This document shows positions 30,007-38,104 of a DNA stretch of 64,000 nt, piece by piece. The notes under the pieces were generated by a model. That model was not told where the DNA came from, made no database searches, and worked only from the letters and a program-made list of their open reading frames with translations. The translations under genes were made by a program, and so were the position numbers. Position 1 is the first letter of the stretch, and every line of letters starts with the position of its first letter. Location of the stretch: positions 41,150-105,149 of the forward strand of contig JBBTSV010000003.1 of assembly GCA_038064595.1 (NCBI GenBank), in the 5' to 3' direction. The stretch comes from Patescibacteria group bacterium (GTDB taxonomy: Bacteria; Patescibacteriota; Minisyncoccia; Phycocordibacterales; Phycocordibacteraceae).

Positions 30007-32073
30007 ATGTCTGAACGCCGACCAACTGCAAAGAGAGAGAAACCAGGACGCGAACCGTTCATCGTAGAGAAGGACGAGTCGGTGTCGTACCTTGGAGTCG
30101 AAGTGCCTAAAGGCGAAGGCGGTCCACTCGTCCCAGGTCGTCAGGAATCAGAAAATTATTTTTATACGGAAGAGGATTACCTGTTGCGCCGAGAGATGGC
30201 GACGTCAATCGCGCTCAATAAACCAATTCTCTTTGAAGGCGGCACCGGCATAGGCAAAACTTCAGCCGTTGCCGCGATGTGTGCCGAGCTCAACCTCAAT
30301 TTCTGCAAGGTGTCCTTCGCGCGCGATATGGCGATTGAGGACGTAATCGGCGGTAAGACTATTGTTAAAGAGGGTGACGCAGAAGTCGTGAAATGGTACG
30401 ACGGCAACTTGATGGTCGCGATTCGCCACGGCGGTATCGCCCTTCTCGACGAATACAACTTTCAAGGCAGCAAAGTCGGCTCGCGTGTGAACCCAGTCAT
30501 TGATGCAATTTTGAACGGGAGAAAAGAAATATCGCTGCCCGAAAATGACAACGAGCGTGTGATGGTGCATCCCAACTTCCGCCTTGTCGCTGCGCAGAAT
30601 CCTCCAGGCACCGAAGAGGGCCAAGAATTTACCGGACGTGAACAGATGTCCGCCGAGACATTCGGACGATGGACGTTTAATAAACTTCCCCTTGAAATGA
30701 GTCGAGACATGCGCGACAAACGTCTCGCAGGCATGATGGGAGAATCTGTTGATATCAAATTGCCTCCTGAAGCCTTCCGCAAGCTCGGCGAGGGCGTTCC
30801 GTTCCACGAACTCAAAGACATTCCTGGAATGACGCATTGGCGTCGTGCTGCCCTCGATGTGCTTGACCAGCTCAAAGCCAAGTCTACCGGTGCAGATCGC
30901 GATATGGCCAAGACACAGCGCCAGCGCCTCTACTTCAACCCGCGCCTTGAGCAAGGACTTCTGAACTACGTCTCTCGCTTCTATCGGGGAGACGTAAACC
31001 AGGTATGGGGCGAAGCATTCGAGCACCTTATCGTCGGCATGTACAAAGATGAGGCTGATCGCCAGGCGGTGCGTGAATTGCTCACGCTAAACGCCTACGA
31101 GCCACAGACCGACACGAAACGCAGGCCACTCGGCGATGCTGAGCGAGCTGAACAAGAAGGGGCAGAAGAAACATGGGCAAAAGTTGCTGAATTTGAAGAC
31201 AAACTTGCTACTAAGATTTCTGCCCTCGAACAGGAGCTTGGCGTTTCATCTGGTGAGAGTAAAGAAATATCGCTTGCCGACGCAGAAAAGATTCTTGGAA
31301 AGGAGTCCGTGCTCGGAGCGAAAGATGTGGAACAAGTGTTCGGAGTCAAACTAGATCGCATACCAGCCATCCCATTTTCACAGCAGGAATTGCAACGCGC
31401 TAAAGAACTCGGTCAGCAACTCATTCTCCAAGTTGATTCAATGACTCACAAGGGGGGACTGATGTCTCGTGAGAAGAGTGCTCCGCTCACGCTTGAGAAT
31501 CTGAAACAGAAATTCACAAAGTCCCACGACGATGGCAAAGTTTTCTACGAACAAGATTGGTACAAGAATGAAGATTTCTTCAAAAAAGAGAAGCCGCGCA
31601 CCGGCTGGAGGCTCACATCAAAAGACCTCGTTCCTGACTCCACGAGTAAGAGCTATCTCGAGCAAACTGATGTACTCGTCGAGCATTTGGAGAAACAGAT
31701 TTTCAAAGGTGTCGAGGTACCAAAACAATATAAGGATGCCATTGCCGAATTCAAGCGCAAGAGAGCAGAGATTGAACCGCTCGCAAAAAGTGGAACAGAT
31801 GCGGAATGGAAAAAAGGTTCCCAGATGCTCGCTGATCTCGCGATTACCAAACTTGCCCGCGAACTGCCGGTCGAGGCCATGTACCGCCTCATTTTGAACG
31901 ACCAAACTCGAAAGGATAAACCGCTCCCCTTAACCTACACATGGACAGCGTGTCGTGCGTCTGGCGGCAGCCTCGTGGATGTCGGCTGCTTCGGCGACGC
32001 GGGTGCGGCTGTGGACGGGGGCAGCCCCGACGTTCGCTACGACCGTCTCGGCGTCTCGTTCTCCCGCAGTTGA
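30007..32073 (+). CDS. MoxR-like AAA+ ATPase fused to a DGR-diversified C-terminal domain (DGR target 2)
   Basis: Walker A EGGTGIGKTS and Walker B ALLDEYN of the AAA_5/MoxR type. The C-terminal ~265 aa are paralogous to target 1 and end in VR2. Confidence 0.8.
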   Translation: MSERRPTAKREKPGREPFIVEKDESVSYLGVEVPKGEGGPLVPGRQESENYFYTEEDYLLRREMATSIALNKPILFEGGTGIGKTSAVAAMCAELNLNFCKVSFARDMAIEDVIGGKTIVKEGDAEVVKWYDGNLMVAIRHGGIALLDEYNFQGSKVGSRVNPVIDAILNGRKEISLPENDNERVMVHPNFRLVAAQNPPGTEEGQEFTGREQMSAETFGRWTFNKLPLEMSRDMRDKRLAGMMGESVDIKLPPEAFRKLGEGVPFHELKDIPGMTHWRRAALDVLDQLKAKSTGADRDMAKTQRQRLYFNPRLEQGLLNYVSRFYRGDVNQVWGEAFEHLIVGMYKDEADRQAVRELLTLNAYEPQTDTKRRPLGDAERAEQEGAEETWAKVAEFEDKLATKISALEQELGVSSGESKEISLADAEKILGKESVLGAKDVEQVFGVKLDRIPAIPFSQQELQRAKELGQQLILQVDSMTHKGGLMSREKSAPLTLENLKQKFTKSHDDGKVFYEQDWYKNEDFFKKEKPRTGWRLTSKDLVPDSTSKSYLEQTDVLVEHLEKQIFKGVEVPKQYKDAIAEFKRKRAEIEPLAKSGTDAEWKKGSQMLADLAITKLARELPVEAMYRLILNDQTRKDKPLPLTYTWTACRASGGSLVDVGCFGDAGAAVDGGSPDVRYDRLGVSFSRS
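31949..32070 (+). repeat. DGR variable repeat VR2
   Basis: 22 mismatches to the template repeat, all at template adenines. VR2 also differs from VR1. Confidence 0.9.
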
Positions 32074-32108
32074 TTTTTGAATACCGAATAATGAAGTCTT
32101 GAGTCCAT

Positions 32109-32129
32109 GCTGACCCGTTCAGGGTCAGC
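32109..32129 (+). other. hairpin downstream of VR2
   Basis: GCTGACCC-GTTC-AGGGTCAGC, followed by a T-run. Confidence 0.5.
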
Positions 32130-32333
32130 ATCCGCGCAAATTTTTTGCTAGTATGGACATACGGCTAATGAAGCGTCATTTACGGATGTCGCTCGCCGAA
32201 AAACACTGCTTGTCCGCCATTAGCGCAAACGGTTGAAGTAATGGGACAGTGCGCACATCCTATAACCCGAAACAGCTCACGCCTTTCGCGCATGCGAAAC
32301 GCTGGGGCGAAGCCACGGACGATGGCGGACAAA

Positions 32334-32455
32334 ACGAGTCGTACGTCTGACGGCAACCTCGTGAATGTCGGCAACTTCGACGACACGGGTGCGAATGTGA
32401 ACAGGAACAACCCCGACAATCGCAACGACAATCTCGGCGTCTCGTTCTCCCGAAG
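32334..32455 (+). repeat. DGR template repeat (TR)
   Basis: 31 adenines, AAC/AAT-rich (7 AAC). It is the invariant copy relative to VR1 and VR2 and sits in a degenerate remnant of the target C-terminus, upstream of the RT. Confidence 0.9.
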
Positions 32456-32459
32456 TGTT

Positions 32460-32487
32460 TCCAACACCACTCAGATGAGTGGTGTTG
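32460..32487 (+). other. 13-bp-stem hairpin immediately after TR
   Basis: CCAACACCACTCA-GAT-GAGTGGTGTTGG followed by ATTTTT. It may be a DGR spacer RNA structure or a terminator. Confidence 0.4.
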
Positions 32488-32851
32488 GATTTTTCGTATA
32501 CTTGATCCATCCGCCGACCATGCTACCGATCTCGATTATTTTCTCAGAGAGCGAGGCGAATCCGGCATCGTTGATGCTCCCCGTTTTATACGCAAGGCGC
32601 AGATGGGTCGTGAGCATCTTGAGTGTTACGTCCGCTTTATTAAGTATCAAAAGCCGAGACGCTCCCTGCTTGCTTTGTGCAAGGTAGAGAAGCTCGATGA
32701 TTTCGAGTATGGTATTTTCTATTCTCACACCGAGCGTGTACCGTTCCGGTTTTTTGAATTTCAAGACTCGCTTGTGCGCAGCAAGGTACAATTGGCTCAC
32801 TTTATGGAAAACGATCGGCTCGGTGTACGTCTCGACAGTGGATTGGGTCAT
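32471..32851 (-). CDS. avd: Avd-like accessory variability determinant (four-helix-bundle protein)
   Basis: 126 aa. The C-terminus IIEIGSMVGGWIKYTKN and the helix pattern match Bordetella bAvd (IAEVGRILGSWIARVNRK). It is encoded antisense between TR and RT. Confidence 0.65.
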   Translation of the reverse strand: MTQSTVETYTEPIVFHKVSQLYLAAHKRVLKFKKPERYTLGVRIENTILEIIELLYLAQSKQGASRLLILNKADVTLKMLTTHLRLAYKTGSINDAGFASLSEKIIEIGSMVGGWIKYTKNPTPLI

Positions 32852-33889
32852 AAGGATTTATTTAAGCTCATAATCTCCAAGGAGAACATTTTCGCCGCGT
32901 GGCGGGAGTTCCAGAAGTGGAAGATGAGCAAACAGGACGTGCTCGCATTTTCAGAACATTTTGAAGAGCATCTCTTGCAATTGCACTACGACCTTGCAAA
33001 TGGGCGATACCGACATGGACCCTATATACGCTTCCTCATTCAGGATCCGAAACAGCGTAGTATCGCCAAAGCAAGCGTCCGCGATCGCGTCCTGCATCAC
33101 GCCATCTGTCGCGTGATCACGCCGAGCTTTGATAATGCATTTGTATTTGATACGTACTCGAGCCGCAAGACCAAGGGCGTCCATCGAGCGATCGAACGGC
33201 TCGTACGTTTGGCGTGGCGACTATCCCGAAACAACACACAGACCGTCTGGATGCTTAAGTGCGATATACGAAAGTTTTTCGAGAGTGTTGGCCATGACAG
33301 ATTGCTTGAGTTATGTACGAGACGCATTGATGACAGTCGTGTTATGGCCCTACTCAAGAATATTCTCGGTAGTTTTGAAGCGGAACCTAGAACTAGAAAG
33401 AGTATCCCTCTCGGCAACCTCACTTCACAGCTCTTTGCTAACATCTATCTCGACCGATTTGATCAGTATGTGAAGCGCGAATTGCGTTTCAAGAATTATC
33501 TCCGCTATACCGACGACTTCATACTGCTCTCCACTGATCGCGAAGAACTTGAACGCACCTTACCGCTCATACGGGATTTTCTCTTACGTGACCTCAATCT
33601 CGATTTGCACCCAACAAAAGTCACATTTCGGAAGTGGCATCAAGGCGTCGACTTTCTTGGCTATGTGCATTTTCCGCATCACCGAGTTATCCGTACGAAG
33701 ACAAAGAAACGTATGATTCGAAAACTGCGCAATCGAAAAGAAACTTTTGAAGCTAGAGACATCGACGAAGATGAGTTGCGCCAAACGGTAGCATCGTATC
33801 TCGGTGTTCTCTCGCACTCTCAAAACAGAGGATTGGCGAGACGCATTCGTCGTGATTTTCTCCCTAAGGGTAAGGCTCTTACCGAGTAA
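32804..33889 (+). CDS. DGR reverse transcriptase
   Basis: Bordetella Brt-like motifs: KENIFAAWREF, GPYIRFLIQDPKQRSI, the DGR-specific LGNLTSQLFANIY and YTDDFILL. Start set at the ATG at 32804; the upstream part of the ORF is unsupported. Confidence 0.9.
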   Translation: MENDRLGVRLDSGLGHKDLFKLIISKENIFAAWREFQKWKMSKQDVLAFSEHFEEHLLQLHYDLANGRYRHGPYIRFLIQDPKQRSIAKASVRDRVLHHAICRVITPSFDNAFVFDTYSSRKTKGVHRAIERLVRLAWRLSRNNTQTVWMLKCDIRKFFESVGHDRLLELCTRRIDDSRVMALLKNILGSFEAEPRTRKSIPLGNLTSQLFANIYLDRFDQYVKRELRFKNYLRYTDDFILLSTDREELERTLPLIRDFLLRDLNLDLHPTKVTFRKWHQGVDFLGYVHFPHHRVIRTKTKKRMIRKLRNRKETFEARDIDEDELRQTVASYLGVLSHSQNRGLARRIRRDFLPKGKALTE

Positions 33890-33971
33890 CTTATCAGCGC
33901 GTTGCTTGGGGCATCTTTTCAAGATTCGTGGTATAAAAATCTGGTGCGCCCGCCTGCGGCTAGGCGGACAT

Positions 33972-34045
33972 GGTGGTCGTAGCTCAATTGGTAGAGCATC
34001 TGCTTGTGGAGCAGAAGGTTGTGGGATCGTGACCCATCGACCACC
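33972..34045 (+). tRNA. tRNA-His (anticodon GTG) with G-1
   Basis: G-1 plus acceptor GTGGTCG/CGACCAC, anticodon loop TTGTGGA, C73. Confidence 0.75.
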
Positions 34046-34072
34046 CAAAAAAGATTGTGCTACCATCTCCAC

Positions 34073-34720
34073 ATGAAAACTCTCTTTGGCGGCATTGCCC
34101 TTATCATAGTCCTCGGGATCGGCGGTTTTATTTACCGTAATGCGCTTGAGCACCCATCTCGGACGATCGCGTGCCCGCTCGACGCACAACTGTGCCCCGA
34201 CGGCACGGCGGTGACGCGCACCGGCCTCTCCTGTACCTTCCCCGCATGCCCGCCACCCAACGTAACGCTCGCCGACCTCGGTATATCCTTTGCGCTCCCT
34301 GCTACACTCCAAGATGCTCCGCTCGCCGACTCAAGCGCGCAGTTCAATTATGACCTGGTGACGAACGCGTCATCGACGGCGTCGGGGAGTGTCTATATCT
34401 ACCGGTACCCGATCGCCGCTTCTTCGACCGCGCTCGCGACGATACAACAGACAGCGATAACGACTCCATCGGGGCTCCCGGCGCGTGCTACGGCGCTCAC
34501 CTCAACGGCGCTCGGGAACTATCGCTTTACGGTGGTCGGGATCGAGCGCAACGAGGGCGTCCTCATCACCGCCTACTACCTCGCCCGAGCCACCGACGTG
34601 CTACGTTTTGACGCAGTTGATACCGATGTTCGTAATTGGACGGATCCCCAGCTCGACCCGACGACGCTCCCGGCGCACCAGGCGCTCCGTGCACTCCTCT
34701 CGACACTCCAAGGACAGTAG
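34073..34720 (+). CDS. membrane-anchored hypothetical protein
   Basis: N-terminal TM helix and a Cys-rich segment. Internal ATG at 34073. Confidence 0.4.
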   Translation: MKTLFGGIALIIVLGIGGFIYRNALEHPSRTIACPLDAQLCPDGTAVTRTGLSCTFPACPPPNVTLADLGISFALPATLQDAPLADSSAQFNYDLVTNASSTASGSVYIYRYPIAASSTALATIQQTAITTPSGLPARATALTSTALGNYRFTVVGIERNEGVLITAYYLARATDVLRFDAVDTDVRNWTDPQLDPTTLPAHQALRALLSTLQGQ

Positions 34721-34755
34721 CCTCGTGCTACACTAGAAACATAATTATTACCACT

Positions 34756-35565
34756 ATGAACAATACTCTTTCTGAATTACTCGAGAATAGCGGGATACGA
34801 ATCGCGATGATTGGTGCACTCTCGATCCTCGCGCTCTACCTCCTTGCCCAAACCATCACACTCGCGGCAGACTTCGGTCGCTCGGGCGTGCCCGCGACCG
34901 ATACCATCACCGTGCAGGGAAGTGGCGAGGTCTCAATTGTCCCTGATGTCGCAAAGATCTCGTTTAGTGTCGAGAACGTCGCGGCGACCGTCGCAGTAGC
35001 GCAAGCGGCGACTACCAAACAGACCGACGCGGCACTCGCCGCGATGAAGGCGGCGGGTATTGCTGACAAGGACATCAAGACGACCTCCTACTCAATCTCA
35101 CCGCAATATGCCTACCCGACCCCATGCTATGGGATCACGTGCCCGGTGCCCGTTGACGGCTACACCAGTGGTTCACCAAAGATCACCGGCTACCAGGTGT
35201 CGCAGAGTGTGCAGGTGACGGTGCGCGAGCTCGATGGCGTCGGTGCGGTTCTCGAGAGTCTCGGCAAGCTCGGTGTTCAGAATGTATACGGCCCCAACTT
35301 CGCCCTCGACGACTCGACGGCAGCCTATGCCGCCGCACGTGCCGACGCGATCATGAAGGCGAAGCAGCAGGCCACCGTTCTCGCGAAGCAGCTTGGCGTT
35401 CGTCTCGGGAAGGTCGTGAACTTCTCCGAGTCGAGTGGTGGCTACCCGTATCCGGTGATGTACGACATGGGGATGGGAGGAGCCAGCAAGGTCTCAGCTC
35501 CCAATATCCCGGCAGGTGAGAACACCTACAACGCCTCAGTCTCCATCACCTACGAGATCCGCTAG
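34756..35565 (+). CDS. SIMPL-domain (DUF541) protein
   Basis: N-terminal TM helix, then a SIMPL-like pattern (VSIVPD ... ITGYQVSQSVQVTV). Confidence 0.6.
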   Translation: MNNTLSELLENSGIRIAMIGALSILALYLLAQTITLAADFGRSGVPATDTITVQGSGEVSIVPDVAKISFSVENVAATVAVAQAATTKQTDAALAAMKAAGIADKDIKTTSYSISPQYAYPTPCYGITCPVPVDGYTSGSPKITGYQVSQSVQVTVRELDGVGAVLESLGKLGVQNVYGPNFALDDSTAAYAAARADAIMKAKQQATVLAKQLGVRLGKVVNFSESSGGYPYPVMYDMGMGGASKVSAPNIPAGENTYNASVSITYEIR

Positions 35566-35644
35566 TTGACGCCTTGGGCGACGTGCGGTATGCTCTCAAT
35601 ATCAGAGAGCCCGCAGGGCTTTTTTATTTACTAGCCACCTTCGC

Positions 35645-35830
35645 ATGACCTCACTATTTACCTATCTGAAACATGTGCGCGAGGAGTTTGCGCATATTGT
35701 TTGGCCGAGTAATCATACCGCGCTCGCGCACACGCTTGTGGTGATCGTCATTGCGCTCGTGATCGCGCTCTTTGTGAGCGTGCTCGACTACTTCTTTGGG
35801 CTGGGCGTGAGCTACATCACTGGCGTCTAA
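35645..35830 (+). CDS. secE: preprotein translocase subunit SecE
   Basis: 61 aa with a single TM helix, immediately upstream of nusG. Confidence 0.75.
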   Translation: MTSLFTYLKHVREEFAHIVWPSNHTALAHTLVVIVIALVIALFVSVLDYFFGLGVSYITGV

Positions 35831-35840
35831 CTGCAGCACC

Positions 35841-36470
35841 ATGGACACGACTGAACACCACTACGACGGAGAGGGAGATGCAGGGATGGCAGACATCGCA
35901 CCAGCGATGCGTAAGGAAGTGCGTGACGAGGTGACGCCGCGCGAGGAGGATGCGCGCTGGTACACCATCCACACCTACGCGGGCTATGAGAATGCGGTCG
36001 AGCGCAACCTCAAGCAGCGCATCGAGTCTTTGGGTATGGAGGGGAAAATCTTTAAGGTGATCGTCCCAACCGAGAAGAAGATCCGGGTGAAGAGTGGCAA
36101 GCGCATCGTTGAAGAGGAGAAGATCTACCCGGGCTATATCCTGGTGCGCATGATTGTGGACGACGATTCCTGGTTTGTGGTCCGCAACACCCCACGGGTC
36201 ACCGGCTTTGTGGGCAGCGGCAACACGCCAGTGCCGATGGAGGAGGCCGAGGTCGCAACACTGATGAAGCGGATGACCGCAGAGGCGCCTAAGCATCGCA
36301 TTGACCTCGTGAAGGAGGATCCAATCGTGATTACCGACGGTCCCTTCAAAGACTTGGAGGGCAAGGTGGGTGAGATCGATGAAGATCGCGGCAAGGTGAA
36401 GGTGATGGTCTCGATGTTCGGCCGCGAGACGCCGGTCGAGCTCGACTTTTTGCAAATTCGTAAACTCTAA
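35841..36470 (+). CDS. nusG: transcription antitermination factor NusG (N-terminal extension)
   Basis: NGN domain WYTIHTYAGYEN and a KOW domain at the C-terminus. Confidence 0.9.
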   Translation: MDTTEHHYDGEGDAGMADIAPAMRKEVRDEVTPREEDARWYTIHTYAGYENAVERNLKQRIESLGMEGKIFKVIVPTEKKIRVKSGKRIVEEEKIYPGYILVRMIVDDDSWFVVRNTPRVTGFVGSGNTPVPMEEAEVATLMKRMTAEAPKHRIDLVKEDPIVITDGPFKDLEGKVGEIDEDRGKVKVMVSMFGRETPVELDFLQIRKL

Positions 36471-36488
36471 GGTACTCTCATCACACCT

Positions 36489-36911
36489 ATGGCAACTATT
36501 GTAAAAAAGATAAAGCTCCAGATCCCCGGCGGGGCGGCGACGCCCGCGCCCCCGGTGGGCACCGCGCTCGGCCCTGCGGGCGTGAACATTGGGCAGTTCG
36601 TGACCCAGTTTAACGCCGCGACCGCGGAGAAGCGCGGCACGATCATCCCGATCGAGCTCTCGGTCTATGACGACCGGACCTTCACCTTTATCATGAAGAA
36701 TCCGCCGGCCTCGCGCCTCATCCTCAAAGCCTTGGGGATCGAGAAGGGCTCGGGTAAGGCTAAGGAGAAGAAGGCGGGTACCATCACCATGACGCAGATC
36801 GCGACCATCGTCGCGGAGAAGATCCCCGACATGAACGCCACCTCTCACGAGGCCGCCGCCCGCACCATCGCTGGCACCGCAAGGTCAATGGGCATCGATG
36901 TGACCAAATAG
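36489..36911 (+). CDS. rplK: 50S ribosomal protein L11
   Basis: [17 protein letters not shown]... L11 signature. Confidence 0.95.
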   Translation: MATIVKKIKLQIPGGAATPAPPVGTALGPAGVNIGQFVTQFNAATAEKRGTIIPIELSVYDDRTFTFIMKNPPASRLILKALGIEKGSGKAKEKKAGTITMTQIATIVAEKIPDMNATSHEAAARTIAGTARSMGIDVTK

Positions 36912-36993
36912 GGAACATCGATGAACCTTGTGAGGTAGTTTTAGAGCGTAGCGAAGAAAAATAGCCACAAGGTGTACAGCTCCTGTAGTGAAT

Positions 36994-37890
36994 TAGCACT
37001 CTGATTGCACCACCCCGCTAATATCGGAGTATGAAATACCAGCGTCTGAGCGTGGAGGGAACGTGAAGAAATACAGCAGGGACCGATTTCAGAGAAGTGT
37101 CTGATGAGGAGATTGCGAAAGTAGAGTACAGACCATTGATTTTTGAGCATATCTACTCTATAATTAACAATGCTGTTAATTCTTACATCTAAATTTTAAA
37201 AAAATAGTATGGCTATGCGCCTATTGAGATCCGTTCTGATTGTAGTAGTACTTTCAATTATAAGTTGGGTTTCGTATACAGAATACTACGTAGCATTTAG
37301 AGACCCTTACCCGCATTATCCCTCAGGCATAATTCTTTATATGCTCATTTTAACGATTTTTTTAATTTCTTATTACTTCTTCAATTTTATTGTTTGTAGA
37401 AATGAGAAAATTTTATCAAATTATTTTCGCCCCACTTGGCCAAAGCGACCCCGAGCCCTTTTAGTTCTCGCACTAACGCCCATAGGAAATTTTTTCACGA
37501 TTCCGGTCCCCTTCTTTCTAACGTGTCTGCTTATGGTTCTGTCTTTATTTGAGTCGGGACTAAAAGCAATTAATGCTTTTGTTTTTTCGGCTCACTTCGT
37601 GGTCTTTTGCACAGCAATAGTAGGGGCGTACATCTTTGAGTGTATTGCCATGGATCAAGGTTGGAAGAGAATGTCCTATGCAGGAAGACTCATAATTTAT
37701 TTGTTAGGTATGTATCTTTTTGCTAGTGTTCTGACAGGAATGTCTTATATCTAACTTCGTCCCATTCGAATACTGTGTCCCGCTCGTAGCATACGAGATG
37801 TCACCAACCATACCCCGTTCCAATCTGGGTATGTGCCATATGTACCGGAGTATGGAAGCCCCACGGGGGGTGGTGCAATCAGAGTGCTAA
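36994..37890. mobile_element. AT-rich insertion bounded by about 23-nt inverted repeats (putative small mobile/foreign segment)
   Basis: TAGCACTCTGATTGCACCACCCC at 36994-37016 is the reverse complement of 37867-37890. The interior is strongly AT-rich and carries one membrane-protein ORF. Confidence 0.35.
37209..37754 (+). CDS. multi-pass membrane protein (within the AT-rich insertion)
   Basis: About 5 predicted TM helices. Low GC. Confidence 0.4.
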   Translation: MAMRLLRSVLIVVVLSIISWVSYTEYYVAFRDPYPHYPSGIILYMLILTIFLISYYFFNFIVCRNEKILSNYFRPTWPKRPRALLVLALTPIGNFFTIPVPFFLTCLLMVLSLFESGLKAINAFVFSAHFVVFCTAIVGAYIFECIAMDQGWKRMSYAGRLIIYLLGMYLFASVLTGMSYI

Positions 37891-38104
37891 TGCACCTGTA
37901 AGGAGTTGATGTGTCTCATTTTCGTTCTAGAGTTATGAATCGATACGTAAAGCCGGAGGACTCGTGTGGCTCGTCTGAAATAATTTTTGTGAACTCGTTT
38001 TCATAGGGAGGAAAGAATGTATCGGCGCCTCTGGCGCCGGTTTGCTTTTTAACCTCCCCATCTATAGAGTAGGCCTGTGTTCAACCAGTTCTTTGGAGGG
38101 CCAA

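Noticed and set aside
28700-32460. Repeated ~120-nt units considered as a possible CRISPR array or tandem repeat
   Set aside because: There are only three copies, 2.5 kb apart, inside or at the ends of ORFs, with adenine-specific divergence. They are DGR TR/VR, not CRISPR.
32241-32687. 148-aa ORF spanning the template repeat
   Set aside because: Only its last ~40 codons resemble the target C-terminus; the rest has no support. It is a decayed remnant that hosts the TR, not a gene.
32603-33889. A reverse transcriptase ORF that at first looked like a group II intron maturase/RT or a retron RT
   Set aside because: There is no domain V or VI-like structure downstream; a tRNA-His follows within ~80 nt. 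There is no intron 5' GUGYG context. The N-terminal motifs (KENIFAAWREF, LGNLTSQLF) and the adjacent TR/VR system identify it as a DGR RT. The first 67 codons of the ORF-track model overlap the antisense Avd gene and are not supported.
33584-34312. 242-aa minus-strand ORF
   Set aside because: It overlaps tRNA-His and the RT 3' end and has no support.
36960-37900. Considered RNase P RNA or tmRNA in the rplK-thyX gap
   Set aside because: No GGAAAGTCCGG or ACAGAAA P-RNA core motifs and no tmRNA tRNA-like ends were found.
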